DNA of 64,000 bases from Clostridia bacterium (GCA_017410505.1 JAFQQR010000020.1:3521-67520); one strand, 5' to 3'. Positions 28,118 through 38,505 are shown, counted from the stretch's first letter. Numbers and translations: made by a program. The notes: generated by a model from the sequence alone, not told the origin.

Positions 28118-29134
28118 ATGCCTAAAAGTGTATTAGAATTATTTAATCAAAAAGAAATATTAAATTATTTAAAAGAAAGAAAATATCCTACAATGTTAGG
28201 AGAGGAGTTATTCCCAGAAGTTAAAAGACAATCATTAGAATTTGATATGTTAACAAATGCAAGCAAAACTCCAGTTATTGCATCTGTTCATGGATTTGAT
28301 ACAGAATCAGAAATTGGACAAAGAGAAGCTGAAAAAATGGCTATCGAATTAGCTTTAATTAAAAGAAAAATGCAATTAAAAGAAAAAGAAATAATTGCTT
28401 TAGAATCACCAAGAAACGAAGCAGAAAGAGCATATTTAATGAAAAATGTATATGCTGATTTTGATGCTTTAGTAGAAAGTATTAGAGCAAGAATAGAAGC
28501 AATGAGAATGGAAATTGTTGCTACAGGAAAAGTTACATTAAATGAAAATAACTTAGATGCAGTTATTGATTTTGGTGTTCCAGAAGAAAACAAAGCAGCA
28601 AATGTTGACTGGAGTGCAGCAGATGCAAATCCAATTAATGATATGATTACTTGGAAAAATCAATTAGATACTGCACCAGCAAGAGTATTAACATCTACAA
28701 CAGTATTAGCAAAAATATTGGCTAATGCAAATGTAGTTAATGCATTATTTGGAAAAGACTCTACAAGAATTGCATCAGTTGGAGAGTTAAATAATTACCT
28801 AGCTCAATTAGGATTACCAAAAATCTATACATACGATGCAAAATATAGAAAAGTAGGGGCAGATGGAAAATATACAAAACATAGATACTTCCCAGAAAAC
28901 GCATTTGTTATGATGCCAGGAGAAGAACTAGGAGAAACTATATATGGACCAACTGCAGAAGAAATTAGACTTACAAGAGATCCTTCAGTTGACGTTAAAT
29001 TAGTAGGTAAAATACTTGCTATGATGTATGAAGAAGGAAAAGACCCAGTTAGCACTTGGGAAAAAGCAGTTGCTACAGCATTACCTGCTTTAAAATGTGC
29101 TGATGAGTTGTTCCAAGCAACTATAAATATATAA
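28118..29134 (+). CDS. Major capsid protein (lambda gpE-like family)
   Basis: ATG 28118 follows AAGGAGAG. MPKSVLELFNQKEILNYLKE...LGEELFPE matches the N-terminal pattern of the major capsid protein E family. About 338 aa. Confidence 0.8.
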   Translation: MPKSVLELFNQKEILNYLKERKYPTMLGEELFPEVKRQSLEFDMLTNASKTPVIASVHGFDTESEIGQREAEKMAIELALIKRKMQLKEKEIIALESPRNEAERAYLMKNVYADFDALVESIRARIEAMRMEIVATGKVTLNENNLDAVIDFGVPEENKAANVDWSAADANPINDMITWKNQLDTAPARVLTSTTVLAKILANANVVNALFGKDSTRIASVGELNNYLAQLGLPKIYTYDAKYRKVGADGKYTKHRYFPENAFVMMPGEELGETIYGPTAEEIRLTRDPSVDVKLVGKILAMMYEEGKDPVSTWEKAVATALPALKCADELFQATINI

Positions 29135-29186
29135 GGTAAGGGCTATTAAGCCTTTGCCTTTTAATTTTTATTAAGAGGTGATTTAT

Positions 29187-29654
29187 ATGAAAAGAGTAAC
29201 TCCAAAAAGTGCAGGAGTAAAACTTAATGGCAAATGGTGCTTTAAGGGCCACGAAGCTGTTATAAGTGAAGAAGAATACAATCTAAAAAAAGCATTTGTT
29301 GATGTAATAGAAGATATTAGAGAAACAAATGAAAGAGTAATAGAAATAGTTGTAAAAGATGAAACAATAGATTTAGAGGAATTAAAAAAAGACCTAGATT
29401 TATATGTTGAAAATTATAAAAAGGAAGATCCAAGTTCTGACGATGTAGATAATCCTGGAGAAGATTCAGGAGACAATACAGGCGATAACACAGGCGATAA
29501 TGCCGGCGATAATTCTGATGAAGAATTAAACGCATTAAAAGAAAAAGCAAAAGAACTAGGAATAAAGAATTTTCATAATATGAAAAAAGAAACCTTAATC
29601 GCTAAAATTGAAAAAGCGGAAGCAGGAGAAGACCTAAATCCAGAAGGAGAGTAG
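29187..29654 (+). CDS. Head-associated protein with GDNx tandem repeats and Rho-N/SAP-like C-terminal motif
   Basis: ATG follows AAGAGGTG. Four 12-nt repeats at 29469-29516 encode GDNTGDNTGDNAGDN. LKEKAKELGIKNFHNMKKETLIAKI resembles the Rho N-terminal (HeH) motif. Confidence 0.5.
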   Translation: MKRVTPKSAGVKLNGKWCFKGHEAVISEEEYNLKKAFVDVIEDIRETNERVIEIVVKDETIDLEELKKDLDLYVENYKKEDPSSDDVDNPGEDSGDNTGDNTGDNAGDNSDEELNALKEKAKELGIKNFHNMKKETLIAKIEKAEAGEDLNPEGE

Positions 29655-29662
29655 GTGATTAA

Positions 29663-30151
29663 ATGGATATATTAAAGAAAATAAAAAGTAGCACATCCAT
29701 TGATATGGATGAGTTTGTAAAAAGATTAGAAAGTGAGCTGTCAATAAGTTCAATTTCTAATACTGAGCAAAAGAAAAAGGCTCAAGAACAATTAATATAT
29801 TCTATTTATGATATTATGATTATTATTTTAGACGTTACACATCAGAGCAAAGTTCCAGAAGGTTTATATACAACGTGGTTAAGAATGATTAAAGATTATT
29901 GGTATTTGAATAAATACGATAACCAATTTGTAACTTCGGGATCTAGTTCTGAGTCTAGTTCTGAAGAAAGTAGTAATATTAAAATAAAGAGTATTCAAGC
30001 AGGAGATACGACTACAACTTTTGCTGATACATCCTCACAAATAAATATAAATGGTACTACATATAATACAGGAACAATTGATTTTTCTGAAGATATTTTA
30101 GTAGAAAAATATAAAAAAGATTTATACAGACATCGAAAGATGAGGTGGTAG
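29663..30151 (+). CDS. Putative head-tail connector/adaptor
   Basis: Called on position after the capsid gene and on size. No strong motif recognised. Confidence 0.4.
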   Translation: MDILKKIKSSTSIDMDEFVKRLESELSISSISNTEQKKKAQEQLIYSIYDIMIIILDVTHQSKVPEGLYTTWLRMIKDYWYLNKYDNQFVTSGSSSESSSEESSNIKIKSIQAGDTTTTFADTSSQININGTTYNTGTIDFSEDILVEKYKKDLYRHRKMRW

Positions 30152-30152
30152 T

Positions 30153-30524
30153 ATGAATCAATATATATTAGCTGCTAGAAAGGCAATAGAAAGTCAATAT
30201 GTCGGTGAATGTAATATTATTGAACGTAAGGAAAAATTAAAAGAAAACTCAAATATTACCGATTTTGTGGAAGAGGTAGTAAAGGAAAAACAACCTTGCA
30301 AACTATCATTTGAAGAAGTATATGTAAATACTGAAACGGATATGGAAACAAAGGTTATTACTAAAGTAAAACTATTTATTGCTCCAGAAATAAATGTTAT
30401 GCCAGGATCAAAAATCGTTGTCACTCAAAGGGGTAGAACAACGGAATATAAAAATAGTGGCGAGCCTGCCATATTTGACACGCACCAAGAAATAATGCTT
30501 GTTAAATTTAAGGGGTGGGCATAA
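30153..30524 (+). CDS. Putative head closure / head-tail joining protein
   Basis: Called on position and size. The C-terminal ...FDTHQEIML resembles head-tail joining proteins. Confidence 0.45.
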   Translation: MNQYILAARKAIESQYVGECNIIERKEKLKENSNITDFVEEVVKEKQPCKLSFEEVYVNTETDMETKVITKVKLFIAPEINVMPGSKIVVTQRGRTTEYKNSGEPAIFDTHQEIMLVKFKGWA

Positions 30525-31090
30525 TGGCCAAATGGGGAAGTTGTGATTATAAACAATTAGAAAAGTTAGTAAAAAAATTAGAAAAAATGGCGAATTTTGA
30601 TGTAAAAAAATTTTGCGAAGATGTATCAAGGGAATTAGCGGCTAGGTTACTTGCAAAAGTTATAAAAAGAACTCCAACTGGAGAAGGAACTTTCGAGGTC
30701 CTTGAAAAAGACGGAGTTAAGAAAAGATATAAAATCAAAAACGGTGGTACATTAAAAAGAGGCTGGACTGCTAATACGCAAGCAGAGGCAGAAGGTGGAA
30801 AAGTACCTAATGCAAGAGATTATGCTAATTCATTAAAAATACTTAGGATGGGAAATAGTTATATAGTAATTGTTAAAAATCCTGTAGAGTATTCTTCGTA
30901 TGTTGAATTCGGACATAGACAAGAGCCAGGAAGATTTGTGCCTGCAATTGGTAAACGACTAAAAGCAGCATGGGTGCCTGGTACTTTTATGCTAACTATA
31001 TCTGAAAAAGAACTAGAATCACAATTACCAAAAATAATAGAAAGAAAGCTAACAAAATTTATGGAGGAGTGTTTCAATAATGGTTATTAA
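30524..31090 (+). CDS. HK97 gp10-family neck/tail component
   Basis: VEYSSYVEFGHRQEPGRFVPAIG is the gp10-family signature. ATG overlaps the preceding stop (TAATG). Confidence 0.65.
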   Translation: MAKWGSCDYKQLEKLVKKLEKMANFDVKKFCEDVSRELAARLLAKVIKRTPTGEGTFEVLEKDGVKKRYKIKNGGTLKRGWTANTQAEAEGGKVPNARDYANSLKILRMGNSYIVIVKNPVEYSSYVEFGHRQEPGRFVPAIGKRLKAAWVPGTFMLTISEKELESQLPKIIERKLTKFMEECFNNGY

Positions 31091-31514
31091 TAGTGTAATT
31101 ACTGGTATATCTCTAAAAATAAAAGAATTGTTTGGAGATACATATCACGTATATGATGATGCAGTAACGCAGGGTATGGAGAAGCCTTGCTTTTTTATTA
31201 ACTTTTTAGATGGAGAAGAAAGTAGGCAAATAGGACTAGAAACTAAAAGTTATCTAGACACATTACATTTTGATATTACAGGTTTTGCTGAAAATGACGA
31301 TAGAGCGAGTTTAAATGATATGGCTGACAAGTTATATTATTTAGAATATATAAGCCTAAATGATGGCACTCTGTTGCGTGCGTATAGCTTGAAACCTAAA
31401 ATACAAGATAATGTGCTACACTTCTTTATTGATTATAAAATATTTATAAATAAAAAAGATACTGAAAGCACAAAAATGAGTGAATTTGATTATAATGAGG
31501 AGGTAAAAAAATAA
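31080..31514 (+). CDS. Putative tail completion/neck protein
   Basis: Called on position upstream of the sheath gene. Confidence 0.35.
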   Translation: MVINSVITGISLKIKELFGDTYHVYDDAVTQGMEKPCFFINFLDGEESRQIGLETKSYLDTLHFDITGFAENDDRASLNDMADKLYYLEYISLNDGTLLRAYSLKPKIQDNVLHFFIDYKIFINKKDTESTKMSEFDYNEEVKK

Positions 31515-31696
31515 TGGCTAAAAAGAAAAATATTGAAATTGTAGCTGAAGATAAATTCTCAAAGAAGCAAATAGTTACTTCTAAAAGATACAGAAGTAAT
31601 GTAGATCTATTGAATGCTGTTTTAAAAGATAAAAAAACATATACTTTGAAAGAAGTAGATGAAATAATTGAAAATTTTAAGAAAGGTAAGGTGTAG
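31514..31696 (+). CDS. Hypothetical small structural-module protein
   Basis: TAATG coupling to the previous ORF. Track ORF. Confidence 0.35.
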   Translation: MAKKKNIEIVAEDKFSKKQIVTSKRYRSNVDLLNAVLKDKKTYTLKEVDEIIENFKKGKV

Positions 31697-31699
31697 ACT

Positions 31700-32989
31700 A
31701 TGTTAGGTGGAGGTACATTTACAAGTCAAAATAAAAAATTACCAGGTGCATATATAAACTTTGCATCTGCACAAAAAGCATCTTCAACCATAGGAGAGAG
31801 AGGAATTGCTGCAATGGCTCTTGAACTTGACTGGGGAAAAGATGGCGAAATAATTTCTGTGACAGGTGAAGAATTTGCAAAAAATTCAATTAGTTTATTC
31901 GGATACGACTACGCAGACGATAAACTAAAAGGATTAAGAGATTTATTCAAAAATATAACAAAAGCATATTTATATAGATTAAATAGCGGAGAAAAAGCAA
32001 GCAATGATATTGCAACTGCAAAATGCAGTGGTATAAGAGGTAACGATTTAAAAATTGTTATTCAAAAAAATCTTGATGATGAGACTAAATATGATGTTTC
32101 TACATATTTAGGAACAAAAGAAGTAGACAAGCAAACTGTTGCTGCAGCAAGTGAACTTGTAGCAAATGATTTTGTTACATTCAAAGGTGCAGAACTTGCA
32201 GTTACTGCAGGTACAGCATTACAAGGTGGAACTAATGGAGAAGTAAGTGGAGATGCTCATCAAAACTTCCTTGATAAATTAGAATCATACAAATGCAATG
32301 CAATTGGATGCTTATCAGAAGACAAAGCAGTTTCTGGTTTATATGTTGAATATGCAAAACGTTTAAGAGATAAACTAGGAGTAAAATTACAAGTAGTTGT
32401 TTATAACAATGCTGCAGATTATGAAGGTGTAGTAAATGTTAAAAATACTGCTGAAGAATCAACAACTGCTGTTGTTTACTGGGTAACTGGTGTAATAGCA
32501 GGTTGTGAAATAAATAAATCTAATACTAACAAAACATACGATGGAGAGTTTAATGTAATCGCAGATTATACTCAAGCTCAATTAGAAGCATCAATAGATG
32601 CAGGAGAATTCGTATTACATAAAGTAGGCGATGAGATTAGAGTTCTTGTAGATATAAACAGCTTAGTTACAACAACAGCAGAAAAAGGCGAGGATTTTAA
32701 ATCAAATCAAACTATCAGAGTATTAGATCAAATTGCAACTGATGTAAGTTCTGTATTTAATACAAAGTATCTAGGAAAAATTGCAAATAATGAATCTGGA
32801 AGAACTTCTTTATGGAGTGATGTAGCAACATTATTTAGAGAGTATCAACAAATACAAGCAATAGAAAACTTTGAAGATACAGACATAACAGTAGCAATAG
32901 GAAATGACAAAAAATCTGTAACTATTAATTCTGCAGTACAAATAATAAACGCTATGGAAAAATTATATATGACTGTAGTTGTTGAATAA
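31700..32989 (+). CDS. Tail sheath protein (XkdK-like)
   Basis: MLGGGTFTSQNKKLPGAYINF N-terminus. 429 aa, upstream of the tube gene. Confidence 0.8.
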   Translation: MLGGGTFTSQNKKLPGAYINFASAQKASSTIGERGIAAMALELDWGKDGEIISVTGEEFAKNSISLFGYDYADDKLKGLRDLFKNITKAYLYRLNSGEKASNDIATAKCSGIRGNDLKIVIQKNLDDETKYDVSTYLGTKEVDKQTVAAASELVANDFVTFKGAELAVTAGTALQGGTNGEVSGDAHQNFLDKLESYKCNAIGCLSEDKAVSGLYVEYAKRLRDKLGVKLQVVVYNNAADYEGVVNVKNTAEESTTAVVYWVTGVIAGCEINKSNTNKTYDGEFNVIADYTQAQLEASIDAGEFVLHKVGDEIRVLVDINSLVTTTAEKGEDFKSNQTIRVLDQIATDVSSVFNTKYLGKIANNESGRTSLWSDVATLFREYQQIQAIENFEDTDITVAIGNDKKSVTINSAVQIINAMEKLYMTVVVE

Positions 32990-33014
32990 AGAGAACATTA
33001 ACTGTTCTCTTTTA
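32990..33014 (+). terminator. Hairpin terminator/attenuator after the sheath gene
   Basis: AGAGAACA-TTAAC-TGTTCTCT followed by TTT. Confidence 0.55.
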
Positions 33015-33039
33015 AATTAATTTAAAGGAGGAATTTATA

Positions 33040-33513
33040 ATGTCAAATATTACTATGAACGCTAAAGATGCCATAAGTGCAAAACTAGCCGAGTGCTATG
33101 TAACTATTGAAGGAAGAAGATACTTATTAATGCAAGCAAAAGATTTTGAAGCAAAATTTGAAAAAACTAAAAAAGAAATTAATATTTTAGGAAAAACAGG
33201 AGCAGGAAATAAGTCTACTGGTTGGAAAGGTACAGGAAAAATGACAATCTATAAGAATACATCAATATTTGATGAACTTATGGAAAGATATAAAAATACT
33301 GGAGAAGATGTTTATTTTGATACACAAGTATCAAATGAAGACCCAACAAGTGCAGCAGGAGCAAGCTCTATGGTATTTAAAGACTGTAATATAAATGGTG
33401 GAGTTTTGGCTTCTTTTGATGTAGATGGCGATTTCTTAGAGCAAGAAATAGAATTTACATTTGAAGATTTTTCAAACCCTACTAAATTTAAAACTTTAGC
33501 AGGTATGCAATAA
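33040..33513 (+). CDS. Tail tube protein (XkdM-like)
   Basis: 157 aa directly after the sheath gene. ECYVTIEGRRYLLMQAKDFEAKFEKTKKEINILGK is typical of XkdM-type tubes. Confidence 0.75.
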   Translation: MSNITMNAKDAISAKLAECYVTIEGRRYLLMQAKDFEAKFEKTKKEINILGKTGAGNKSTGWKGTGKMTIYKNTSIFDELMERYKNTGEDVYFDTQVSNEDPTSAAGASSMVFKDCNINGGVLASFDVDGDFLEQEIEFTFEDFSNPTKFKTLAGMQ

Positions 33514-33539
33514 AAAATAAAGGAAAGAGGTAATAAATT

Positions 33540-33962
33540 ATGAGCAATTTACAAGCTTTTATGATCGAGAAAAAAGATGAAATTCATGAATACGTGGCTT
33601 CTAAAAATTTTAAAGATGAAAATGGAAAGCCTATTGCGTGGAAATTAAGAACTATAACAGCAAAGGAAAATGAAGATTTAAGAAAACAATGTTATAAGCA
33701 AGTAATCGTACAAAATGGAAAGAAAAAAGGGTATCAACAACAACTTGATACAATTAAATATTTACAATTACTTACTGATAAATGCGTTGTGTATCCGGAC
33801 CTTCATAATGCAGAGTTATTGGACTTCTATCACGAAATGGATGCCATTGATTTGTTAACAAAACATTTATTAAATGCAGCTGAATATGATGACTTAACAG
33901 CTGAAATCCAAAGAATAAATGGTTATGATTTAGAAGAAGCGGTTGAAGAAGCAAAAAACTAA
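33540..33962 (+). CDS. Tail assembly chaperone (XkdN-like), 0-frame product
   Basis: 140 aa between the tube and tape measure genes. It ends in the slippery A_AAA_AAC heptamer followed by TAA. Confidence 0.7.
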   Translation: MSNLQAFMIEKKDEIHEYVASKNFKDENGKPIAWKLRTITAKENEDLRKQCYKQVIVQNGKKKGYQQQLDTIKYLQLLTDKCVVYPDLHNAELLDFYHEMDAIDLLTKHLLNAAEYDDLTAEIQRINGYDLEEAVEEAKN

Positions 33963-34132
33963 TTGAAGAAGGCGATTATGAAGCTTTGTATGCTCATTAT
34001 TGCCTTCAGAAACTTCATAAATTTCCACACGAATTTTTAGAATTACCATTTAAGGAAAAAGCGTTTGTTATAGCCTCAACAGAGGTTAGAATTAAGCACG
34101 AAAAAGAGCAACAGGACAAGCTGAAAAAATAA
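33540..34132 (+). CDS. Tail assembly chaperone -1 frameshift fusion product (G-T-like)
   Basis: The heptamer A AAA AAC at 33953-33959 is in X_XXY_YYZ phase. The -1 frame is open for 57 further codons (LIEEGDYEALYAHYCLQKLHKFPHEF...) and ends at 34132, just before the tape measure RBS. Confidence 0.65.
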
Positions 34133-34164
34133 GGTGGAAATAATAAGAGAAGGAAGGTGGAAAA

Positions 34165-36327
34165 ATGGCAACAATACGAACAGCTATTATGGTTCAAGAT
34201 AGTATGTCACCCGCTATTAGAAGTATGAGCAATGCCTGTAGGATATTACTTAATAATTTTGAAGATATCCAAAGGGCATCTTCAAATACAGTAGATATTC
34301 AATCACTAAAAGCGGCAAGGGAAGAATTAAATAATACCGATATGATATTGAATCAAATAGAACAATCCGCACGAGATGTAAATCAAGAAACTAAAAAAAT
34401 GCCTTCTAACTTTAACAATGCGGCTTCGGCAGCAAATGGACTATTAAATAAAGTAAAGCAAGTGGCACTAGCAGCAGGGGGAATTACTTTAATTGGAAAG
34501 ACTGTTGAATTATCGGACCAAGTATCTAGTAATAGAGCAAGGCTCGAATTAATAGTAGATGATAATGATAGTGTAGAAAATTTAGAAAATAAAATATTTG
34601 CAATGTCAAATAGAACTAGATCATCATTTTTAGATACGACTAGTGTTGTATCTAAATTAGGAATTTTAGCAGGGGACAATTTTAAAAATACAGATGAGAT
34701 AATTGCGTTTACAGAATTAATGAATAAAAACTTCGCAATAGGTGGAGCTAGTATTCAAGAGCAAACTTCAGCGATGTATCAATTAACTCAAGCAATGGCT
34801 GCAGGAAAATTACAAGGAGATGAGTTCCGTAGTATTATGGAAAATGCTCCATTATTAGCTGAAGCAATTGCAAATTATACTGGAAAATCTAAAGGAGAAT
34901 TAAAAGAGTTATCTTCTGAGGGGCTAATAACATCTGATATTATAAAAAATGCAATGTTTTCTGCTGCAGATGAAATAAATGATAGGTATAGTAGAATGCC
35001 AATGACTTGGTCTCAAATATGGACTAAAATGAAAAATATAACAATAAAAGCATTAGATCCTGTTTTAAAGAAAATAAATCAATTAGCAAATAATCCACAA
35101 GTTCAAGAAATGTTTAACGCATTTGTAAGTGGTGCAAGTTTAGCAGCACAAGCAGTATTATGGCTTATAGAAGGTATGGCGTGGTTATATAATATTTTAG
35201 AGCCTTTTGCTCCTTTAATATTAGGTATTGTAGCGGCATATATTGCTTTCAATGCCATATCAGCAATTACAAGTGCTGTTTTAGGAATTATATCCTTTGC
35301 ACACCAGGTAAAAGCAGCGGCGGCAGCAACAGATGCAATAGCAACAGCAGGAGCAACAGGAGCACAATGGAGTTTAAATGCAGCGTTGTATGCATGCCCT
35401 ATTGTTTGGATTATAGTATTGATAGTAGCCTTAATAGCAGCCCTTACTTATTTATGGTTTACCAATGACAAGGTAGCCTATGCAATTTTATATTTATGGG
35501 ATATGCTTGTACTTGGTGGAATGACAATGTGGCTAGGATTAAAAACTGTATTTTATGGTTTAGTATTAATAGCACAATTCTTCCAATTAGGAATGATAGG
35601 CGTATGCTATGGAGTACTTTGGGCCTGGTATATGTTTCAAACAGGATTAGAGGGTGTAGGAGTAGGAATTTTATATATTTTCCAATGGTTATATAACGGA
35701 GTAGTAGGTATTGTTAATGGAATAATATCCGTATTAAATAAGATACCTGGAGTTTCTATTGATATGGCAGAATATGCAAATTTTGCAGATAATGCCCTAG
35801 AAGGAATGATGGACAATGTTGCAAGAAGAAACGAAGACCTACAAAGTATGGTTGACGATATGAATGAAGTAAATAATTCAATAAATGAAAATAAAGCGAA
35901 ATTTGCAGCAGATTTAAGTAGTTCCGCAACAGATATTCAAAACAAAGTTATAGAACTAGAAAGTACAAGACAAGATAGAACAGACCATAGAAATGATTGG
36001 ATAAATGGTGCAACTTCTGCAATTAATGATGCCTTAAGTATGGATGGTTTTGACTTTAGTAATATGGGAGATGGAACACTTGGGGATATTGCAGGAGATA
36101 CAAGTAAAATTGCTGAAAACTCTGAAGTATCTGAAGAAGATTTGAAATATTTAATAGACTTAGCAGAAAGAGAAGTTGTAAATAGGTTTACTACTGCATC
36201 TGTTAATATTACTATGACAAACAATAATAGTATAAATCAAGAACAAGATATTGATGGAATAGTAGAGACACTTGCTATAAAATTAGAAGAAGAACTACAA
36301 TCAGTTGCTGATGGAGTTCACACATAG
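34165..36327 (+). CDS. Tape measure protein
   Basis: 720 aa with a TMP core (QLTQAMAAGKLQGDEFRSIMENAPLLAEAIA) and a central multi-TM hydrophobic block. Confidence 0.85.
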   Translation: MATIRTAIMVQDSMSPAIRSMSNACRILLNNFEDIQRASSNTVDIQSLKAAREELNNTDMILNQIEQSARDVNQETKKMPSNFNNAASAANGLLNKVKQVALAAGGITLIGKTVELSDQVSSNRARLELIVDDNDSVENLENKIFAMSNRTRSSFLDTTSVVSKLGILAGDNFKNTDEIIAFTELMNKNFAIGGASIQEQTSAMYQLTQAMAAGKLQGDEFRSIMENAPLLAEAIANYTGKSKGELKELSSEGLITSDIIKNAMFSAADEINDRYSRMPMTWSQIWTKMKNITIKALDPVLKKINQLANNPQVQEMFNAFVSGASLAAQAVLWLIEGMAWLYNILEPFAPLILGIVAAYIAFNAISAITSAVLGIISFAHQVKAAAAATDAIATAGATGAQWSLNAALYACPIVWIIVLIVALIAALTYLWFTNDKVAYAILYLWDMLVLGGMTMWLGLKTVFYGLVLIAQFFQLGMIGVCYGVLWAWYMFQTGLEGVGVGILYIFQWLYNGVVGIVNGIISVLNKIPGVSIDMAEYANFADNALEGMMDNVARRNEDLQSMVDDMNEVNNSINENKAKFAADLSSSATDIQNKVIELESTRQDRTDHRNDWINGATSAINDALSMDGFDFSNMGDGTLGDIAGDTSKIAENSEVSEEDLKYLIDLAEREVVNRFTTASVNITMTNNNSINQEQDIDGIVETLAIKLEEELQSVADGVHT

Positions 36328-36338
36328 GAGGTATAAAA

Positions 36339-37019
36339 TGGCATATTATTTTTATTTAGGAAATACATTATTGCCAGTTGCCCCAGATAAATTAACATTA
36401 AAAATTAATAACAATAATAAAACTTACGATCTTATAAATAATCAAGAAATAAATGTTCTAAAAAATCCTGGTCTAACTGATATAGAATTTAAGGCCTTAT
36501 TACCTAATGTAAAATATCCTTTTGCTACATATAAAAGTAATTATCAGCCAGCATCATATTTTCTTAATATAATTGAAAAGTTAAAAGTAAATAAAACACC
36601 TTTCCAGTTTATTGTTTCTAGAAAACTACCAAACGGAAAGGTGTTATTTGATACTAATATAAAAGTATCGATAGAAGACTATAAAATTATAGAGGATGTA
36701 AAAGAAGCATTTGATGTTAGAGTTGAATTTAAATTAAAGCAATACAAGGAATATTCTACTAAAACTATGCAAATTTCCATAAAGCAATACAAGCCACCTG
36801 TAGTAGTTAGGGCTGTTACTCCTACTGCTACAAGTACTGCGGTTTCAAAACCAAGTGGGCAGAATTATACTGTTAAAAGGCGGAGATTGTTTATGGAATA
36901 TAGCAAAGAAATTTTATGGTAATGGAAGTAAATATACTACAATATATAATGCTAATAAAGATAAAATAAAGAATCCTAATTTGATTTATCCTAATCAAGT
37001 TTTATGGATTCCAGCATAG
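36339..37019 (+). CDS. XkdP-like tail protein with C-terminal LysM; requires +1 shift at in-frame CGG 36881-36883
   Basis: ATG 36339 follows AGGAGG. The 0 frame ends at 36922. Skipping C36881 gives YTVKR-G-DCLWNIAKKFYGNGSKYTTIYNANKDKIKNPNLIYPNQVLWIPA, a complete LysM motif, ending at 37019 just before the next RBS. Confidence 0.8.
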
Positions 37020-37028
37020 GAGGTTTAT

Positions 37029-37992
37029 ATGAGTCAAGAATTATTAATACAGAATGGCTCTGTAGTATATGCCCCAGTTACGCAAGATGAAATAGTGTGG
37101 ACAACGGAAAGAAAAGGTAGTCCAGGAAAGTTAGAATTTAAAGTTTTAAAAGATGATATCATTAAGTTTGAAGAAGGTAATCCGGTTAGCTTCAAAGTTG
37201 ATGGTAACAAAGTATTTTATGGTTTTGTATTTACAAAAGATAGAGAAAAGGACCAAATAATAAAAGTAACAACCTATGATCAATTACGTTATTTGAAAAA
37301 CAAATCTAGTTATGTATATACAAACAAAAGAGCTGATGAACTTGTAAAAATGATAGCAAATGATTTTTTACTTAACGTGGGAACGTTAGAAAATACAAAT
37401 TATAAAATTGCTAAAAAATCCGAAAGTAATCAAGCCTTATTTGATATAATCTTAAATGCTTTAGATGAAACGATACAATATAAAAAAGAAATGTATGTGT
37501 TATATGATGACTTTGGAAAGATATGCTTAAAAAACCTAGAAAGAATGAAGGTAGGAATTATTATTGATGAAGAAACTGCTCAGAATTACAATTATAAAAG
37601 TTCAATAGATACTGATACCTATAACAAGGTAAAACTTGTTTATGACAATGAGAAAACAGGTAAAAGGGAAGTGTATATTGCACAAGATACTAATAATATG
37701 AATAAATGGGGAGTGCTACAATATTTTGATACAATAGACGAGGAAACAAACGGAGCTGTAAAGGCAAAAAGTTTGTTGAATTTGTATAATCAAAAAACGA
37801 GAAGTTTAGAGATTAAAAAGGCTATTGGTGATATTAGAGTTCGTGGCGGATCACTAATAATTGTTAACTTGGATTTAGGAGATGTAAAGCTGCAGCATTT
37901 TATGTTGGTAGAAAAGGCAAAACATACATTTAAAAACCGGAGAACATTTTATGGATTTGACATTAAGAGGTCAAGATTTTATAACGCAATAA
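37029..37992 (+). CDS. XkdQ-like (gpD/late-control-D-like) baseplate hub protein; requires +1 shift at in-frame CGG 37938-37940
   Basis: The 0 frame runs on to 38018, overlapping the next gene's RBS and start. The +1 frame gives KN-G-EHFMDLTLRGQDFITQ and stops at 37992, restoring normal stop-RBS(AAGGAGGGG)-ATG 38003 spacing. Confidence 0.7.
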
Positions 37993-38002
37993 GGAGGGGA
38001 AA

Positions 38003-38482
38003 ATGGCAAGTCTTATAGATGCAATTAAAAAAATTTCACAAGGGGCGGAGGAAGCATCTGCTCCTTGTAACGTATTATATGGAGTTGTTACAAGTGTTAA
38101 TCCGCTAGAAATTACAGTAGAACAAAAATTGAAGCTAACATCTGAATTCTTGATATTAACAAAAAATGTTAAGGATTATAGTGTAGATGTTTCAATAGAA
38201 TGGGACACAGAAAGTAAAAGTTTGAATGCAAATCACTCACATACTGCAAATGCAAATGTAAGCGTAAGTTCTTCTATATCTCCAAACGCAGATAATCAAA
38301 AAATTACTAATACTGTACAAAGCAGCGTTAGTGTTGAGGAAAAGAAAATAAGTTTGAATCACGCACACTCAATTAGTGGTACAAAAAAGATGACAATACA
38401 TAATGCGTTAAAGAAGAATGATGTTGTAATTCTAATACAAAAAAGAGGCGGACAAGAATACATTGTAATAGATAAAATTTAA
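38003..38482 (+). CDS. XkdR-like (DUF2577-like) baseplate protein
   Basis: PCNVLYGVVTSVNPLEITVEQKLKLTSEFLILTKNV pattern, and position in the module. Confidence 0.55.
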   Translation: MASLIDAIKKISQGAEEASAPCNVLYGVVTSVNPLEITVEQKLKLTSEFLILTKNVKDYSVDVSIEWDTESKSLNANHSHTANANVSVSSSISPNADNQKITNTVQSSVSVEEKKISLNHAHSISGTKKMTIHNALKKNDVVILIQKRGGQEYIVIDKI

Positions 38483-38505
38483 AAATGAAAGGTGGTTAAA
38501 TTATA

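Noticed and set aside
35496-35696. Alternative-frame 66-aa ORF inside the tape measure gene.
   Set aside because: It is embedded in the hydrophobic block of the TMP, with no RBS. It is a frame artefact.
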